In this document: positions 9,121 through 18,243 of the stretch, in pieces | Layout: each line of letters opens with the position of its first letter | Position numbering within the stretch: position 1 is the first letter of the stretch | IMG/VR virus record: IMGVR_UViG_3300045988_080644 | Strand: one strand, 5' to 3' | Source of the DNA: a virus | DNA length: 64,000 nt | The notes under the pieces: model-generated | Seen by the model: the letters and a program-made list of their open reading frames with translations, nothing else | Databases searched by the model: none | Told to the model about the DNA's origin: nothing | Position numbers and translations under genes: made by a program

Positions 9121-9474
9121 TCATTGCTTATCTCCTTCCTTTAGGAATAAATCATCAATATAAAGCCATCCCTTAAAATTTCTTTTAAAATCTTTAGGAC
9201 TCATATCATCACATACCCATCCTTCTGGATTACGGAAATATACACATAATTCCGTACTTTCATTTTTAAACTTAACCAAACATGTAACACAACATTCTCC
9301 TTGCTTAATGTTTGGCTCTTCACTAGCAGGATGCCATAAATTCTTCAAGAACTCATTGATAGCCCACTTAGCACCGGCCTTAAAAGCAAGAAGTTTATTT
9401 ATATTATAAGAATATCCACAATTATCTTGACTATATTCATTTGCAACAGTTTCTATTTTCTTATCATCTATCAT
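9121..9474 (-). CDS. hypothetical protein (possible DUF551-like C-terminus)
   Basis: Track ORF trimmed to MIDDKKIETV. WHPASEEPNIKQGECCVTCLV resembles the W...E.P motif of DUF551 phage proteins; the match is weak. Confidence 0.4.
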   Translation of the reverse strand: MIDDKKIETVANEYSQDNCGYSYNINKLLAFKAGAKWAINEFLKNLWHPASEEPNIKQGECCVTCLVKFKNESTELCVYFRNPEGWVCDDMSPKDFKRNFKGWLYIDDLFLKEGDKQ

Positions 9475-9585
9475 ATTTTTAAGTTTTATAGTGACCTCCA
9501 CGACCAGTATTGTTCTGGGGCTAAGAAGGTATATGGGCATAAAGCCTTAACTTACTTTCGCTCATTCTGTGTCGTGGAAGTTGTA

Positions 9586-10296
9586 TTATTCAAAATTATC
9601 TGTCGTACCTAGAAGATGTTCATTACCTTCGTAAGGAATACAATACTTACGACTAAATCCGATACACCGAAAAGGATATTGTGATTCTTCTCTATAATGA
9701 GAAAAGAGGTCAGCTTCCCATACATCATCTTTCTCATTTCGTCCCAATACTTTATCGAATGTCTTAAACTCACACTTAGGCTTTTCAATCTCCAAAGTTT
9801 CAAGATTGGGCTTGCCATCCAAACGCTTCTCTATGGTGTTAATGTAGGTCTGAGCAATATCCTTATCTTCAAGGGAATATCTTTCAGTTGTGCATAAGAA
9901 TTCTTCGTAATATACGATTTTATTCTTATCTTCACTGTTAAGGTAATGCTTACAATAAAAACTTGTATAAGTATCATCGTACCATTTGTCAAAGATAACC
10001 TCTGTGCCACCATCATTACTTATCAGTACATCACCTTTTTCCCATTGGAACTTAGACCAATCACGCATTTCCTTAGATGGGAAGATAATACATTCTCCGC
10101 CATCATACATATTACCAAATTTAATTAAGGTACATTCTCCAGATTGTGTTAAACCAAATTTTGAAGTACAGAAGTTTATTTTAAAAATTTCATCTGTTAC
10201 TGCTTCAGAACTACATTTACCATGAATCATAGAATACAATTTAGTACCCCTTGGTTTATTCTTCAAGATTTCTGCTATATTAAGTTTCTGTTCCAT
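9586..10296 (-). CDS. hypothetical protein (236 aa)
   Basis: Longest ORF at this locus. The five overlapping track ORFs on either strand are shorter and low-complexity. Confidence 0.55.
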   Translation of the reverse strand: MEQKLNIAEILKNKPRGTKLYSMIHGKCSSEAVTDEIFKINFCTSKFGLTQSGECTLIKFGNMYDGGECIIFPSKEMRDWSKFQWEKGDVLISNDGGTEVIFDKWYDDTYTSFYCKHYLNSEDKNKIVYYEEFLCTTERYSLEDKDIAQTYINTIEKRLDGKPNLETLEIEKPKCEFKTFDKVLGRNEKDDVWEADLFSHYREESQYPFRCIGFSRKYCIPYEGNEHLLGTTDNFE

Positions 10297-10309
10297 AATC
10301 TACTTAATT

Positions 10310-10453
10310 TTAATAAAACATATTGTATATTATATCTTCATATTTAAGTTTATCTATTACTTTATTCAAGTAATCGATAGCCACTTTACAATCAGGTCTA
10401 AATTTTTTTATCTCAGAAACTAGTTGCTCTAAATCTGATAATCTAGTATTCAT
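10310..10453 (-). CDS. small hypothetical protein (47 aa, below track cutoff)
   Basis: Hand-read ORF MNTRLSDLEQLVSEIKKF... that starts in a TAA-TT-ATG junction with the upstream gene and fills the gap. Confidence 0.35.
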   Translation of the reverse strand: MNTRLSDLEQLVSEIKKFRPDCKVAIDYLNKVIDKLKYEDIIYNMFY

Positions 10454-10455
10454 AA

Positions 10456-10854
10456 TTAGCTATTAACACTAGTTACAATAGAGTTATAAACTGTATTCCA
10501 ATTAGATCCTATCCTATCTCCTAAGTCTGGGTCTTGAATATCTTTCATTACAGCAAGATAAGCATTCTTAAACTGTTTTGATGTAATCTTTTTCCAGCCT
10601 TGAATGTAAAGTAGACAAGAATTTTCTCTGCAAATAGAGAAATTGTCTAAACATATATAATATACGTAATTACCTTGTATTGAAACAATTTTTATTAAAT
10701 TATCTTGTCTTGTATCTAAGTAACATTCACCAACAGTAAACTTAGAAAGTTTATCTTGATTTTCTAATGCTGTAATTTTATTATAGAGATTATTTTTTTC
10801 TTCTTGTAATTTCTTATATTTATTTTTTAGCTCTTCTAATGTTTCCATAATCAA
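10456..10854 (-). CDS. hypothetical protein (132 aa)
   Basis: Track ORF with an N-terminal coiled coil. Confidence 0.5.
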   Translation of the reverse strand: MIMETLEELKNKYKKLQEEKNNLYNKITALENQDKLSKFTVGECYLDTRQDNLIKIVSIQGNYVYYICLDNFSICRENSCLLYIQGWKKITSKQFKNAYLAVMKDIQDPDLGDRIGSNWNTVYNSIVTSVNS

Positions 10855-11471
10855 TTTTTATAAATGGCATCAAGAATATCTCTAAAATTAGGATTATCTA
10901 TTACTGCTTGAGCATCTTTTTTATTTTTAAAATAGATGTTATTAGAAATAGTCGTCCAATTATGATCTACTTTATAGATATCGCCGTTATATATAATAAA
11001 ATATTTATATTCATTTTGATCACTCCAGTTTGGCTTCCAATCCCCATTATAATATTTAGCAATATTCATTAGTCTACTTAAAGTAACTAACTTAGAGGCA
11101 TTGCTTTCATTGATAATTATACTCTTACAATTCTTGTCTAGCTTTAAGGTATCTTCAACATCTTCATAAGTAATAGTACTCTGCTTAAATCTAACTATAC
11201 CTTTAGCTAAATCACTATTTTCTAAATCTATCTCCATTCCTTCAGGAATATCAATAGTTAATTGATTATTCTTTATTTCCATATTATTTATTTCTTTAAA
11301 TATTACATTAGTTTTATCAGTTCTTTTAGTATAATCACAAGGACCTAAAAGTTCATTAACTAAGTCACAACAACCATTCTTTATAAAAGCACAACCCTTA
11401 CATGAAAAACCTTTTACTACCTGATAAATTTTACCATTATAAGTAAATATTTCACCTAATTTTCTTTCCAT
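10851..11471 (-). CDS. hypothetical protein (206 aa), Cys-rich N-terminus
   Basis: Track ORF with a CKGCAF..GCCD...GPCD cysteine cluster. Confidence 0.55.
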   Translation of the reverse strand: MERKLGEIFTYNGKIYQVVKGFSCKGCAFIKNGCCDLVNELLGPCDYTKRTDKTNVIFKEINNMEIKNNQLTIDIPEGMEIDLENSDLAKGIVRFKQSTITYEDVEDTLKLDKNCKSIIINESNASKLVTLSRLMNIAKYYNGDWKPNWSDQNEYKYFIIYNGDIYKVDHNWTTISNNIYFKNKKDAQAVIDNPNFRDILDAIYKN

Positions 11472-11491
11472 AATTCTTTTGTATCATATGC

Positions 11492-11839
11492 TTAACTTTT
11501 AAAATGTTTAACTATTTTATCTAGAGCTTTATCATACTCTTCTTTAGTACATTTCTTATAATATGTCTCTTCAAAAGATCTCCAATAATAAGTTTCCTTT
11601 GTAAGACTTAGTAAATCTGTAGTATCTAATTCATACACATGTATATTGTCACCTTTAATATCATAGACTTTACAGAATAAACCAAGGTTATTAGTATAAT
11701 ATCCTTTTTTAATATTTTTTAATTCTAGTATATCTCTTAATTCATTAATTTTACACTCTAAAACTGTAACGTCCTTCTTTAATAGGTCTCGTTGCTTTTG
11801 CAATTCTTTAATTTTATTAAAAAATTCTTGTTCATTCAT
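11492..11839 (-). CDS. hypothetical protein
   Basis: Track ORF trimmed to MNEQEFF. The conserved 13-mer TAACACATTAACA lies 9 nt upstream of this ATG. Confidence 0.5.
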   Translation of the reverse strand: MNEQEFFNKIKELQKQRDLLKKDVTVLECKINELRDILELKNIKKGYYTNNLGLFCKVYDIKGDNIHVYELDTTDLLSLTKETYYWRSFEETYYKKCTKEEYDKALDKIVKHFKS

Positions 11840-11848
11840 AATTAATTT

Positions 11849-11861
11849 TGTTAATGTGTTA
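11849..11861 (-). promoter_or_regulatory. 13-mer TAACACATTAACA, copy 1 of 6
   Basis: Exact TGTTAATGTGTTA on the forward strand, 9 nt upstream of the ATG at 11839. Confidence 0.6.
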
Positions 11862-12236
11862 AACGTAAAAAGGAGCATACTAACTAATTAGCTAATATAC
11901 TCCTGTGAAACCTGGCATTTCAGTCCATCAAAGACTTTGGAGAAGTAATACGAATTGAACGTACTTCAGCTACTTAGATAATAATCATGTTTCGCCTTAT
12001 CACCTGTCCTACATACTCCGGATTATGTAGGTAACTTCTCTTTTCTCTAATTAGGTACATAATTTCCTAACTAGGTACAACAACTGAAACTTCGCAGTGG
12101 GGACTTACGAATTAAACGTACTTCGAAACTTTCGTTCACAATTCCTGGGGGTTACTAGAATTACCCATTCATTGTTTCCGTTTCTTATCAATCTGCCCTA
12201 TAATATTCGCGACTATATAGGTATCCCCCAAATTGG

Positions 12237-12632
12237 TTATTCTTCTAATAATCCTAAATATTTAATATCAGTACTAACTACTTCTCTATATGCATAGTTG
12301 ATATATACAGTAGCACCTACTGGAATTTCAAATATTCCTATTTCAGCACTATACATTCTACCCTTAGCTATTTCTTCAGTTAAGTATGAATGATAACCTT
12401 CATGTATATAAAAACGATCATAATTCCAAAGTTCTCCCACACATCCCATAACAGAGCTATACCTTTCAAATTTAGGTCTTATCTTTACTGTAGGCATAAT
12501 CTGAGATTTATAGTACCTAAAATTTTGATATTGACTTATAAAGATACCTAAAGTTGCTAATTTACCTACTTTATAAACTCTTAAAGGCTTCTTCAATACA
12601 ATTGGAGTTGCCATATAATTTGACCAACACAT
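12237..12632 (-). CDS. 'MCW' family paralog 1
   Basis: 131 aa starting MCW. It shares VYKVGK, EGYHSY and a C-terminal block with 13396..14704. Confidence 0.55.
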   Translation of the reverse strand: MCWSNYMATPIVLKKPLRVYKVGKLATLGIFISQYQNFRYYKSQIMPTVKIRPKFERYSSVMGCVGELWNYDRFYIHEGYHSYLTEEIAKGRMYSAEIGIFEIPVGATVYINYAYREVVSTDIKYLGLLEE

Positions 12633-12642
12633 ACCTTAATTA

Positions 12643-12969
12643 TTAAATTGTTTTCTGCCATTTAAGAAATAAATTAAGTAGAGGAGAATAATCTTCTTCT
12701 CTAAAAGTTCTGTTTCTAGCTAAACAGATGACTCTTTGAAATGTTAAAACATCCCTTTTTAAATGCCATAACTTATTAAACTTATCTTTAGTTAATTTAT
12801 AGTGACCCTCATTCTCTATCCATTTGCGAGGTTCATCACAAGCATCAACTTGTATAGGATAAGTCAATACCATATCACCATTAAGTATATCAAATTCAAT
12901 ATATTCACAGTCATCTGGTATTTTAACTAACTTACCTTTACCATTATAATCATATATACGTATAATCAT
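12643..12969 (-). CDS. hypothetical protein (108 aa)
   Basis: Track ORF, co-directional. Confidence 0.5.
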   Translation of the reverse strand: MIIRIYDYNGKGKLVKIPDDCEYIEFDILNGDMVLTYPIQVDACDEPRKWIENEGHYKLTKDKFNKLWHLKRDVLTFQRVICLARNRTFREEDYSPLLNLFLKWQKTI

Positions 12970-13184
12970 TATTTAAATAATTCTATAATTGGATAATAAA
13001 TAATTGTATTATACTTAGCTATATTTAGTGCCCAAAGAACAGCCCAAATCATAGCAAAGACTCCTAATCCTACAGCGAAATATCCTGCTTTATATATAGT
13101 TCGAGTTTCATTTAATAGTTTTACTCTAAGTATTATATATAATACAATCATAACTATCCCTAACAATACTTTAAGTATAATCAT
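12969..13184 (-). CDS. small two-pass membrane protein (71 aa)
   Basis: Track ORF consisting almost entirely of two hydrophobic helices. Confidence 0.5.
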   Translation of the reverse strand: MIILKVLLGIVMIVLYIILRVKLLNETRTIYKAGYFAVGLGVFAMIWAVLWALNIAKYNTIIYYPIIELFK

Positions 13185-13399
13185 TTGTATGTATTTGCAT
13201 CTAAATCAACAGCCGCCATACCTACTCTCCGCCTACTATAGATAACTATCTTATGAGGGCGTTTCTTAGAATCATACATTATTTCTAATGTTTTATACTC
13301 ATAAGCTGGTGCTTTAGAGCCACTTCTAGTAGGATAGTTATAACTATTAACTATTGTAACAGTTAATAATAATCCTATAATTAATAATACTTTTTTCAT
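13181..13399 (-). CDS. small secreted protein (72 aa)
   Basis: Track ORF with an N-terminal signal-like MKKVLLIIGLLLTVTIVNS. Confidence 0.5.
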   Translation of the reverse strand: MKKVLLIIGLLLTVTIVNSYNYPTRSGSKAPAYEYKTLEIMYDSKKRPHKIVIYSRRRVGMAAVDLDANTYK

Positions 13400-13833
13400 A
13401 ATTTTATATATTTACCTGTATATCTAATATAATTAGATATTATTGTACCCATCTCATTTATAAAAAATACAGAGTTTTTAGGAATTACAAAGGTGGCTAA
13501 ATAAAATGGATTATCTATACTAAGTACTTTTTCACTATCCCCGCATTGTACAGTTTTAGATAAAGTTCCACCAACACCTGGTGCTATTGAATCACATACA
13601 AAATTTACAGACGAATAACTATAATAACCTTCTTTAATTTCTGCAAAAGAATAACTCGATCCAACTCTTACTTCTAAAATTCGAGAAGGATGTATACTAT
13701 TTTTATAATAAGTATATCCTATAAATAAAGATACACAAGATTCTTTATCAGCTTTTCTAACTACTTTATATACATTAATATCTTCTTTAGCTATTTGAGC
13801 TTTTAAATTTTCAATACAACAAGTCCAACACAT
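13396..13833 (-). CDS. 'MCW' family paralog 2
   Basis: 145 aa starting MCW, with VYKVV, EGYYSY, ATFVIPKNS and YTGKYIKL. Confidence 0.6.
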   Translation of the reverse strand: MCWTCCIENLKAQIAKEDINVYKVVRKADKESCVSLFIGYTYYKNSIHPSRILEVRVGSSYSFAEIKEGYYSYSSVNFVCDSIAPGVGGTLSKTVQCGDSEKVLSIDNPFYLATFVIPKNSVFFINEMGTIISNYIRYTGKYIKL

Positions 13834-13835
13834 AA

Positions 13836-14264
13836 CTACTCTTCAGAATTACCTATTCTTACGTACTTACCAGTATAAATTATATTAGAAGAAACTATTT
13901 CTCCTCCACCATTCTCGTAATATTCAGAACCTTTAGGTATAATAAATGTCGCAATAGAATAAATATTATTTAATCTAATATCTTCTGCAATCTTACCTAA
14001 ATAAATTGTTCTATAATATGAGCGCAAATCAGAGTAAGGCATAGCTATATCTTTATAAGAATGATACCCTTCATAAATTACATAAGAGGATTCATCTTTA
14101 AAGAATTGAATAGGATTTAGTTCAACTTTTTTATTTATTTCTTTTGGTTCATAAATAAAGTTTTGATACAAACTCTTAAAACCTTTATCAGATGCACGAC
14201 CTATTTTATAAACATAAAAATCTCGTTTAGCTATTTTTACATCGCACCTACCTACCCAACACAT
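13836..14264 (-). CDS. 'MCW' family paralog 3; ORF closed by TAG
   Basis: 142 aa starting MCW, with AKRDFYVYKIG, EGYHSY, ATFIIPKGSEYYEN and IVSSNIIYTGKYVRI. The stop is TAG in a TAG-TT-ATG junction. Confidence 0.6.
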   Translation of the reverse strand: MCWVGRCDVKIAKRDFYVYKIGRASDKGFKSLYQNFIYEPKEINKKVELNPIQFFKDESSYVIYEGYHSYKDIAMPYSDLRSYYRTIYLGKIAEDIRLNNIYSIATFIIPKGSEYYENGGGEIVSSNIIYTGKYVRIGNSEE

Positions 14265-14266
14265 AA

Positions 14267-14704
14267 TTATTTGCTAAAATTACTTATTCTTAAATATTTG
14301 CCTGTATAAATAATCTCAGAAGATACTATATGTCCATACTTATTTTCAAAGTATTCAGCACCTTCGGGAACTATAAAGGTAGCTATACAACAACCTTTAT
14401 ATAGTGATATATTCTCTTTTAAAGCAGAATTGTAATTACCTAAACATAAACATCTTTCGTTTGGATAGGTATCCTCTAGGGCTATCCATTTATAAGAGTG
14501 ATAACCTCTGTCTATTATATAACTATTTACACAAAGATTATAAGGCACTAAAGGAACTATTCTATTAGGACATTTAGGAGCATAGTTATACCCCCTAATA
14601 TCACTAATAAAAATATTATTCCATACAATCTTCCCTATTTTATAGACATAGAAATCTCTTTCAGCTACCTTTTTAATAACTGTATCATTGCTCCTCCAAC
14701 ACAT
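14267..14704 (-). CDS. 'MCW' family paralog 4
   Basis: 145 aa starting MCW, with AERDFYVYKIG, RGYHSY, ATFIVPEGAEYFEN and IVSSEIIYTGKYLRI. Confidence 0.6.
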   Translation of the reverse strand: MCWRSNDTVIKKVAERDFYVYKIGKIVWNNIFISDIRGYNYAPKCPNRIVPLVPYNLCVNSYIIDRGYHSYKWIALEDTYPNERCLCLGNYNSALKENISLYKGCCIATFIVPEGAEYFENKYGHIVSSEIIYTGKYLRISNFSK

Positions 14705-14733
14705 AATTATTTAACTAATTTATAGTCACCAAT

Positions 14734-14925
14734 TTAAAATCCTGCTTCTGTAGAATCTAAAGACCAAACTTCAGGAAATACTGTGAGACCATTAAATGAA
14801 TGACACTCTACTTCTATGCTGTTAGTAATTCTATCTATATTAAGAATTCTAAACCACATAGGTTTCTGACATCCTTTCCACGCTTGGGAAAAGATGTCAT
14901 TTACCTGTAACACTACTTTGTCCAT
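14734..14925 (-). CDS. hypothetical protein (63 aa)
   Basis: Track ORF, co-directional. Confidence 0.45.
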   Translation of the reverse strand: MDKVVLQVNDIFSQAWKGCQKPMWFRILNIDRITNSIEVECHSFNGLTVFPEVWSLDSTEAGF

Positions 14926-15206
14926 TCTGAATCAATATTAAGAAGTCTGAACACACCCCTAACAGTATACATAAGATGCTCATCAGGTTTCATATTTTTC
15001 CATATCTGATAAGCTAGTTCAGCATATTCTTTCTTTTCAAATCTGAAAGTGCCGAACATTCTCTTATCAGAGCTGACATAGTAACCATGCTCATCCTTAC
15101 TAATAGTGTACTCAGGCTTCTTATCAAGCTTTACACGTAATGCATTATACATTACATTTTGCTCTCCTGGACTTAGTGAATCAATAATTTTATTTATATC
15201 CTTCAT
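14913..15206 (-). CDS. hypothetical protein (97 aa); ORF closed by TAG
   Basis: Track ORF with stop codon TAG (cta at 14913-14915). Confidence 0.5.
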   Translation of the reverse strand: MKDINKIIDSLSPGEQNVMYNALRVKLDKKPEYTISKDEHGYYVSSDKRMFGTFRFEKKEYAELAYQIWKNMKPDEHLMYTVRGVFRLLNIDSEWTK

Positions 15207-15852
15207 CTTTGTGCATAAACTTAGTTAAATCTAAATAATTGATAAGCTGGTAAGCATACCATTTACTTTCTCCTAAATCCTCATAATAGTACCACTGTTT
15301 CTTAGAATTAACATAAAACATAATAATACCATTATTTACTTTTATTTTAGTAATCAGCAATTCATCTCTACCTGCCTTAGTACGAAACATATTAAAGCAA
15401 AACTGTTCTCCGCATAAATCAGATACTAAGTGTTCTTTACCATCATCAGGTATACTATTAATATGTTTGAACAATTGAGTATAGTCACTATTAATGTTAT
15501 TAATCTTTCTTTGCTGATACTCTGTTGCCCACTTAATAAATTCTTCTTTGGATATTTCCTTAGCACCTTCCAATTTCTTACTTAGCTCCTCTACATTCCA
15601 ATATTTACGGCTAAGATGCCCTGCTGTACTTACTAAAGTACAATTAAATATGAAACGCTCATGGTTAAGACGCTCTCCTCCAGTGTATAATAGAGAATAC
15701 CCCTTCAATTTAAAGAATCTTCTGTATCCATCAGAACTAGGTTCTGTGGACGCCTCCTTTAAAAGTTGCAAACGATCATTATTACGTTTCAACATTTCCT
15801 CTAATCTGAGCTTCTCAGATTCAAGAGTGTTTATTTCATTTGTAAAATCCAT
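15190..15852 (-). CDS. hypothetical protein (220 aa)
   Basis: Track ORF. The conserved 13-mer lies 1 nt upstream of its ATG. Confidence 0.55.
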   Translation of the reverse strand: MDFTNEINTLESEKLRLEEMLKRNNDRLQLLKEASTEPSSDGYRRFFKLKGYSLLYTGGERLNHERFIFNCTLVSTAGHLSRKYWNVEELSKKLEGAKEISKEEFIKWATEYQQRKINNINSDYTQLFKHINSIPDDGKEHLVSDLCGEQFCFNMFRTKAGRDELLITKIKVNNGIIMFYVNSKKQWYYYEDLGESKWYAYQLINYLDLTKFMHKDEGYK

Positions 15853-15853
15853 A

Positions 15854-15866
15854 TGTTAATGTGTTA
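15854..15866 (-). promoter_or_regulatory. 13-mer TAACACATTAACA, copy 2 of 6
   Basis: Exact TGTTAATGTGTTA, 1 nt upstream of the ATG at 15852. Confidence 0.6.
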
Positions 15867-15946
15867 TTTGATTAAACAATAAAAGAGCCTAACTAGATTA
15901 ACTAATTAGACTCTCCAAAATAAAATAATATGATAAAAGAAAGAGT

Positions 15947-16019
15947 GGGCTCGCCCGGGATTGAACCGAGAATAAGAGATTATGAGTCTCCCGTTTTAAC
16001 CGATTGAACTACAAGCCCG
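15947..16019 (-). tRNA. tRNA with anticodon CAT (Met, or Ile2 if lysidinylated)
   Basis: Hand-folded 73-nt cloverleaf with acceptor GGGCTTG/CGAGCCC, anticodon arm GGAGA-CTCATAA-TCTCT and T arm CTCGG-TTCAATC-CCGGG. Confidence 0.8.
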
Positions 16020-16228
16020 AAAATGTGCCTGAGGGTCGTTAATCCTCTCCTTTCTTAGTCAAGAGAACGTTGCAACTTGCCACTAAGACACACTGTTTTT
16101 GAGTTTTTGTAAGTCCTCCGACTTATTAAAGTTTTCGCATAATTTTGATAAGAATTCTACTTTCACAAGCAAAACTCTTTGAGCCTTATTCAATAATTTA
16201 AAAATTATATAAAATTTAGGATAGAAAG

Positions 16229-16300
16229 GAAATGCGGACAGATTCGAACTGCCGACCTTCTACTCTACGGTAGATGCTCTAACCACTAAGCTACACATTT
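16229..16300 (-). tRNA. tRNA-like gene with a non-canonical 6-nt anticodon loop (isotype unresolved)
   Basis: Good acceptor (AAATGTG/CGCATTT), D arm (GCTT-AGTGGTTA-GAGC) and T arm (GGCAG-TTCGAAT-CTGTC). The perfect anticodon stem TCTAC/GTAGA encloses only CGTAGA; the alternative fold is a 4-bp stem with an 8-nt loop. Confidence 0.5.
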
Positions 16301-16451
16301 CATTACAATTCAGTAAGAGCATTTGTTTTTATTAAACGCTTTACCTAGTTAGTTGACTATGTGCCACCACATACTGCCATATTGAATCAGACAGCCTATT
16401 CCAGGGATTAAGCATCTGGACATGCTATTATACTAGTATTGCTATATAGCC

Positions 16452-17057
16452 TTAATTCATAAAGGAGTGCTCTTTACATAATTTATATACAAAAGGCTTT
16501 CCTTTGTGTTTTTGATAATCACACATTATACATTTGGGGTTAGTACAATGCCTTGCCCCATAAAATCCATGACCAAATTCGTGTACTATTACAGCAACTA
16601 AATCATGTGTTCTATAATCACTAACTATAGATTTATTACTATTTAAAGGAGTTAATCCCATTATTCCATAGTTAGTTTGACCATGTATTTTGTATGATAT
16701 ATCCTTATGAGTTAAACCTATTACATAGGATTGCTCCTTGTTAATATTAAGGTCTTTTAACAACTCATTAGCTAAGTACCTATTCCGAGGCTTATAATAA
16801 GCTTTTTTGGGTAAGTCCTTATTAGCTAATACTTTTACATTAGTCCAATCACCTCCGTATACCTTACTTAATCCCCTTGTGATTTTAGAGGCTAGCTTTG
16901 TAGCTTCCTGTTGTGTAAAATCATCATAAGGTTGTAAATAAATATAAGCAATTGGATCTGCAGGAAAACTATCACAATCTGTAATATTTCCCTTTATAAC
17001 ATTATTAGAACAAGATGTAACTAATAATATTATTAATAATCTAAATAATAGTTTCAT
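16452..17057 (-). CDS. archaemetzincin-like (peptidase M54-type) zinc metalloprotease lipoprotein
   Basis: Lipobox LLVTSC. HEFGHGFYGARHC-TNPK-C-I-M...C..C matches the archaemetzincin pattern HExxH..G..HC-x4-C-x-M plus a distal Cys pair. Confidence 0.65.
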   Translation of the reverse strand: MKLLFRLLIILLVTSCSNNVIKGNITDCDSFPADPIAYIYLQPYDDFTQQEATKLASKITRGLSKVYGGDWTNVKVLANKDLPKKAYYKPRNRYLANELLKDLNINKEQSYVIGLTHKDISYKIHGQTNYGIMGLTPLNSNKSIVSDYRTHDLVAVIVHEFGHGFYGARHCTNPKCIMCDYQKHKGKPFVYKLCKEHSFMN

Positions 17058-17064
17058 AATCTAA

Positions 17065-18126
17065 TTAATATCCTTTATTATAATTTAAATTTAAATCATA
17101 TTTATTTGCATAATGTTTTCCCTAAACTCTTTGAGGAGCATTTCCATAATGTACTTTTAATGGATGTCCTTCTTCTCCAGATTCATATATATAATTACCC
17201 TATCTAACAGGCAAAGAATATATAGAATCTCCTACTGCGTTATTGTTTATCATATAGTTAAGTGCATCTGTAGGTAAATTAACACAACCATAAGATTTAT
17301 TTCTAATTCCATTTTTAAAATCAGTCTATCTACTCTTAGGCATAATATGAAATAAAACGGAAGTTTTCTACTTAGTGTTTGTATTATCTCTACTTCCCTC
17401 ATTCCATCTAAATGCTGGATGTCCTTCATAACTAGAAGAAGATAAAGTAAAAATACCAGCAGGTGTTACCTAGGCTTGTTTACTTCCATTATAAAAGTTT
17501 TTATCTTTCTAGTATATTGGATCAGTTTTATAATTATTCCAAAAATTATATCCATCCTAGTCATTAGATAAACCTGTCATAACATCAAATTGTGCTAAGG
17601 CTTTGTTTCCTTGCATGTGTTTTAATTGATGATTATTTCTATCTAGTATCCAATAAGGTTCAGTAACACCACTATGTATTTTATGGTCTATAATAGCCTA
17701 TTCATTCTTGTTAGTAGATAATGGATAAGGTTTTGGCTCAAACTTATTAATCCAATTAGTTAAACTAGTAAACATATCGGTATCTTTGTTAGTCTACTAA
17801 TTCTTTTTTAACTAATAATCATGCCATGCCTATTTACTTTTTACACCCCAATCTCCATCTACTGCAATATTATAACCAGCTTTAACTAGTTCCTACTGCT
17901 ATTGACGAACTTTGTTAGGGTCATACATAGCACCATATTTAGCTCTTAATCTAGCATCATAATTATTTTGCTGTTTTCTTCTAGTCTAGAGCTATTTAGA
18001 ACCCTATGTAGCTCTCTGATTCATCTATTTTACCTTTTTTAATCCAGAATTAGTAAAATCCTTCATTTTCTATCTTTGTACTCCAATAATGTTTCCAAGA
18101 TAACTATTTTCAAAATTTCCTGTCAT
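17065..18126 (-). CDS. L,D-transpeptidase (YkuD) domain protein with PG-binding repeat; TAG-recoded
   Basis: Absent from the track. Hand translation gives 353 codons from ATG 18126 to TAA 17065, with 19 in-frame TAG and no TAA or TGA. Reading TAG as Q gives QQELVKAGYNIAVDGDWGVKSKQAWHDYQ (PG_binding_1-like) and FHIMP...NKSYGCVNLP (YkuD His / catalytic Cys motif). Confidence 0.7.
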
Positions 18127-18199
18127 AAATATTAATATTTAAGTTATTATTTTTAATTGATTAATCACTTATTTATTATATGTCTATGGCATAGAAATT

Positions 18200-18243
18200 A
18201 CCAATAAATTAAAACTCATACTACTTTCGCAAGCAGTATGAGT
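18200..18243 (-). terminator. rho-independent terminator after the tRNA-Leu gene
   Basis: 9-bp stem ACTCATACT/AGTATGAGT (18214-18222 / 18235-18243), followed on the reverse strand by UUUUAAUUUAUU. Confidence 0.55.
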
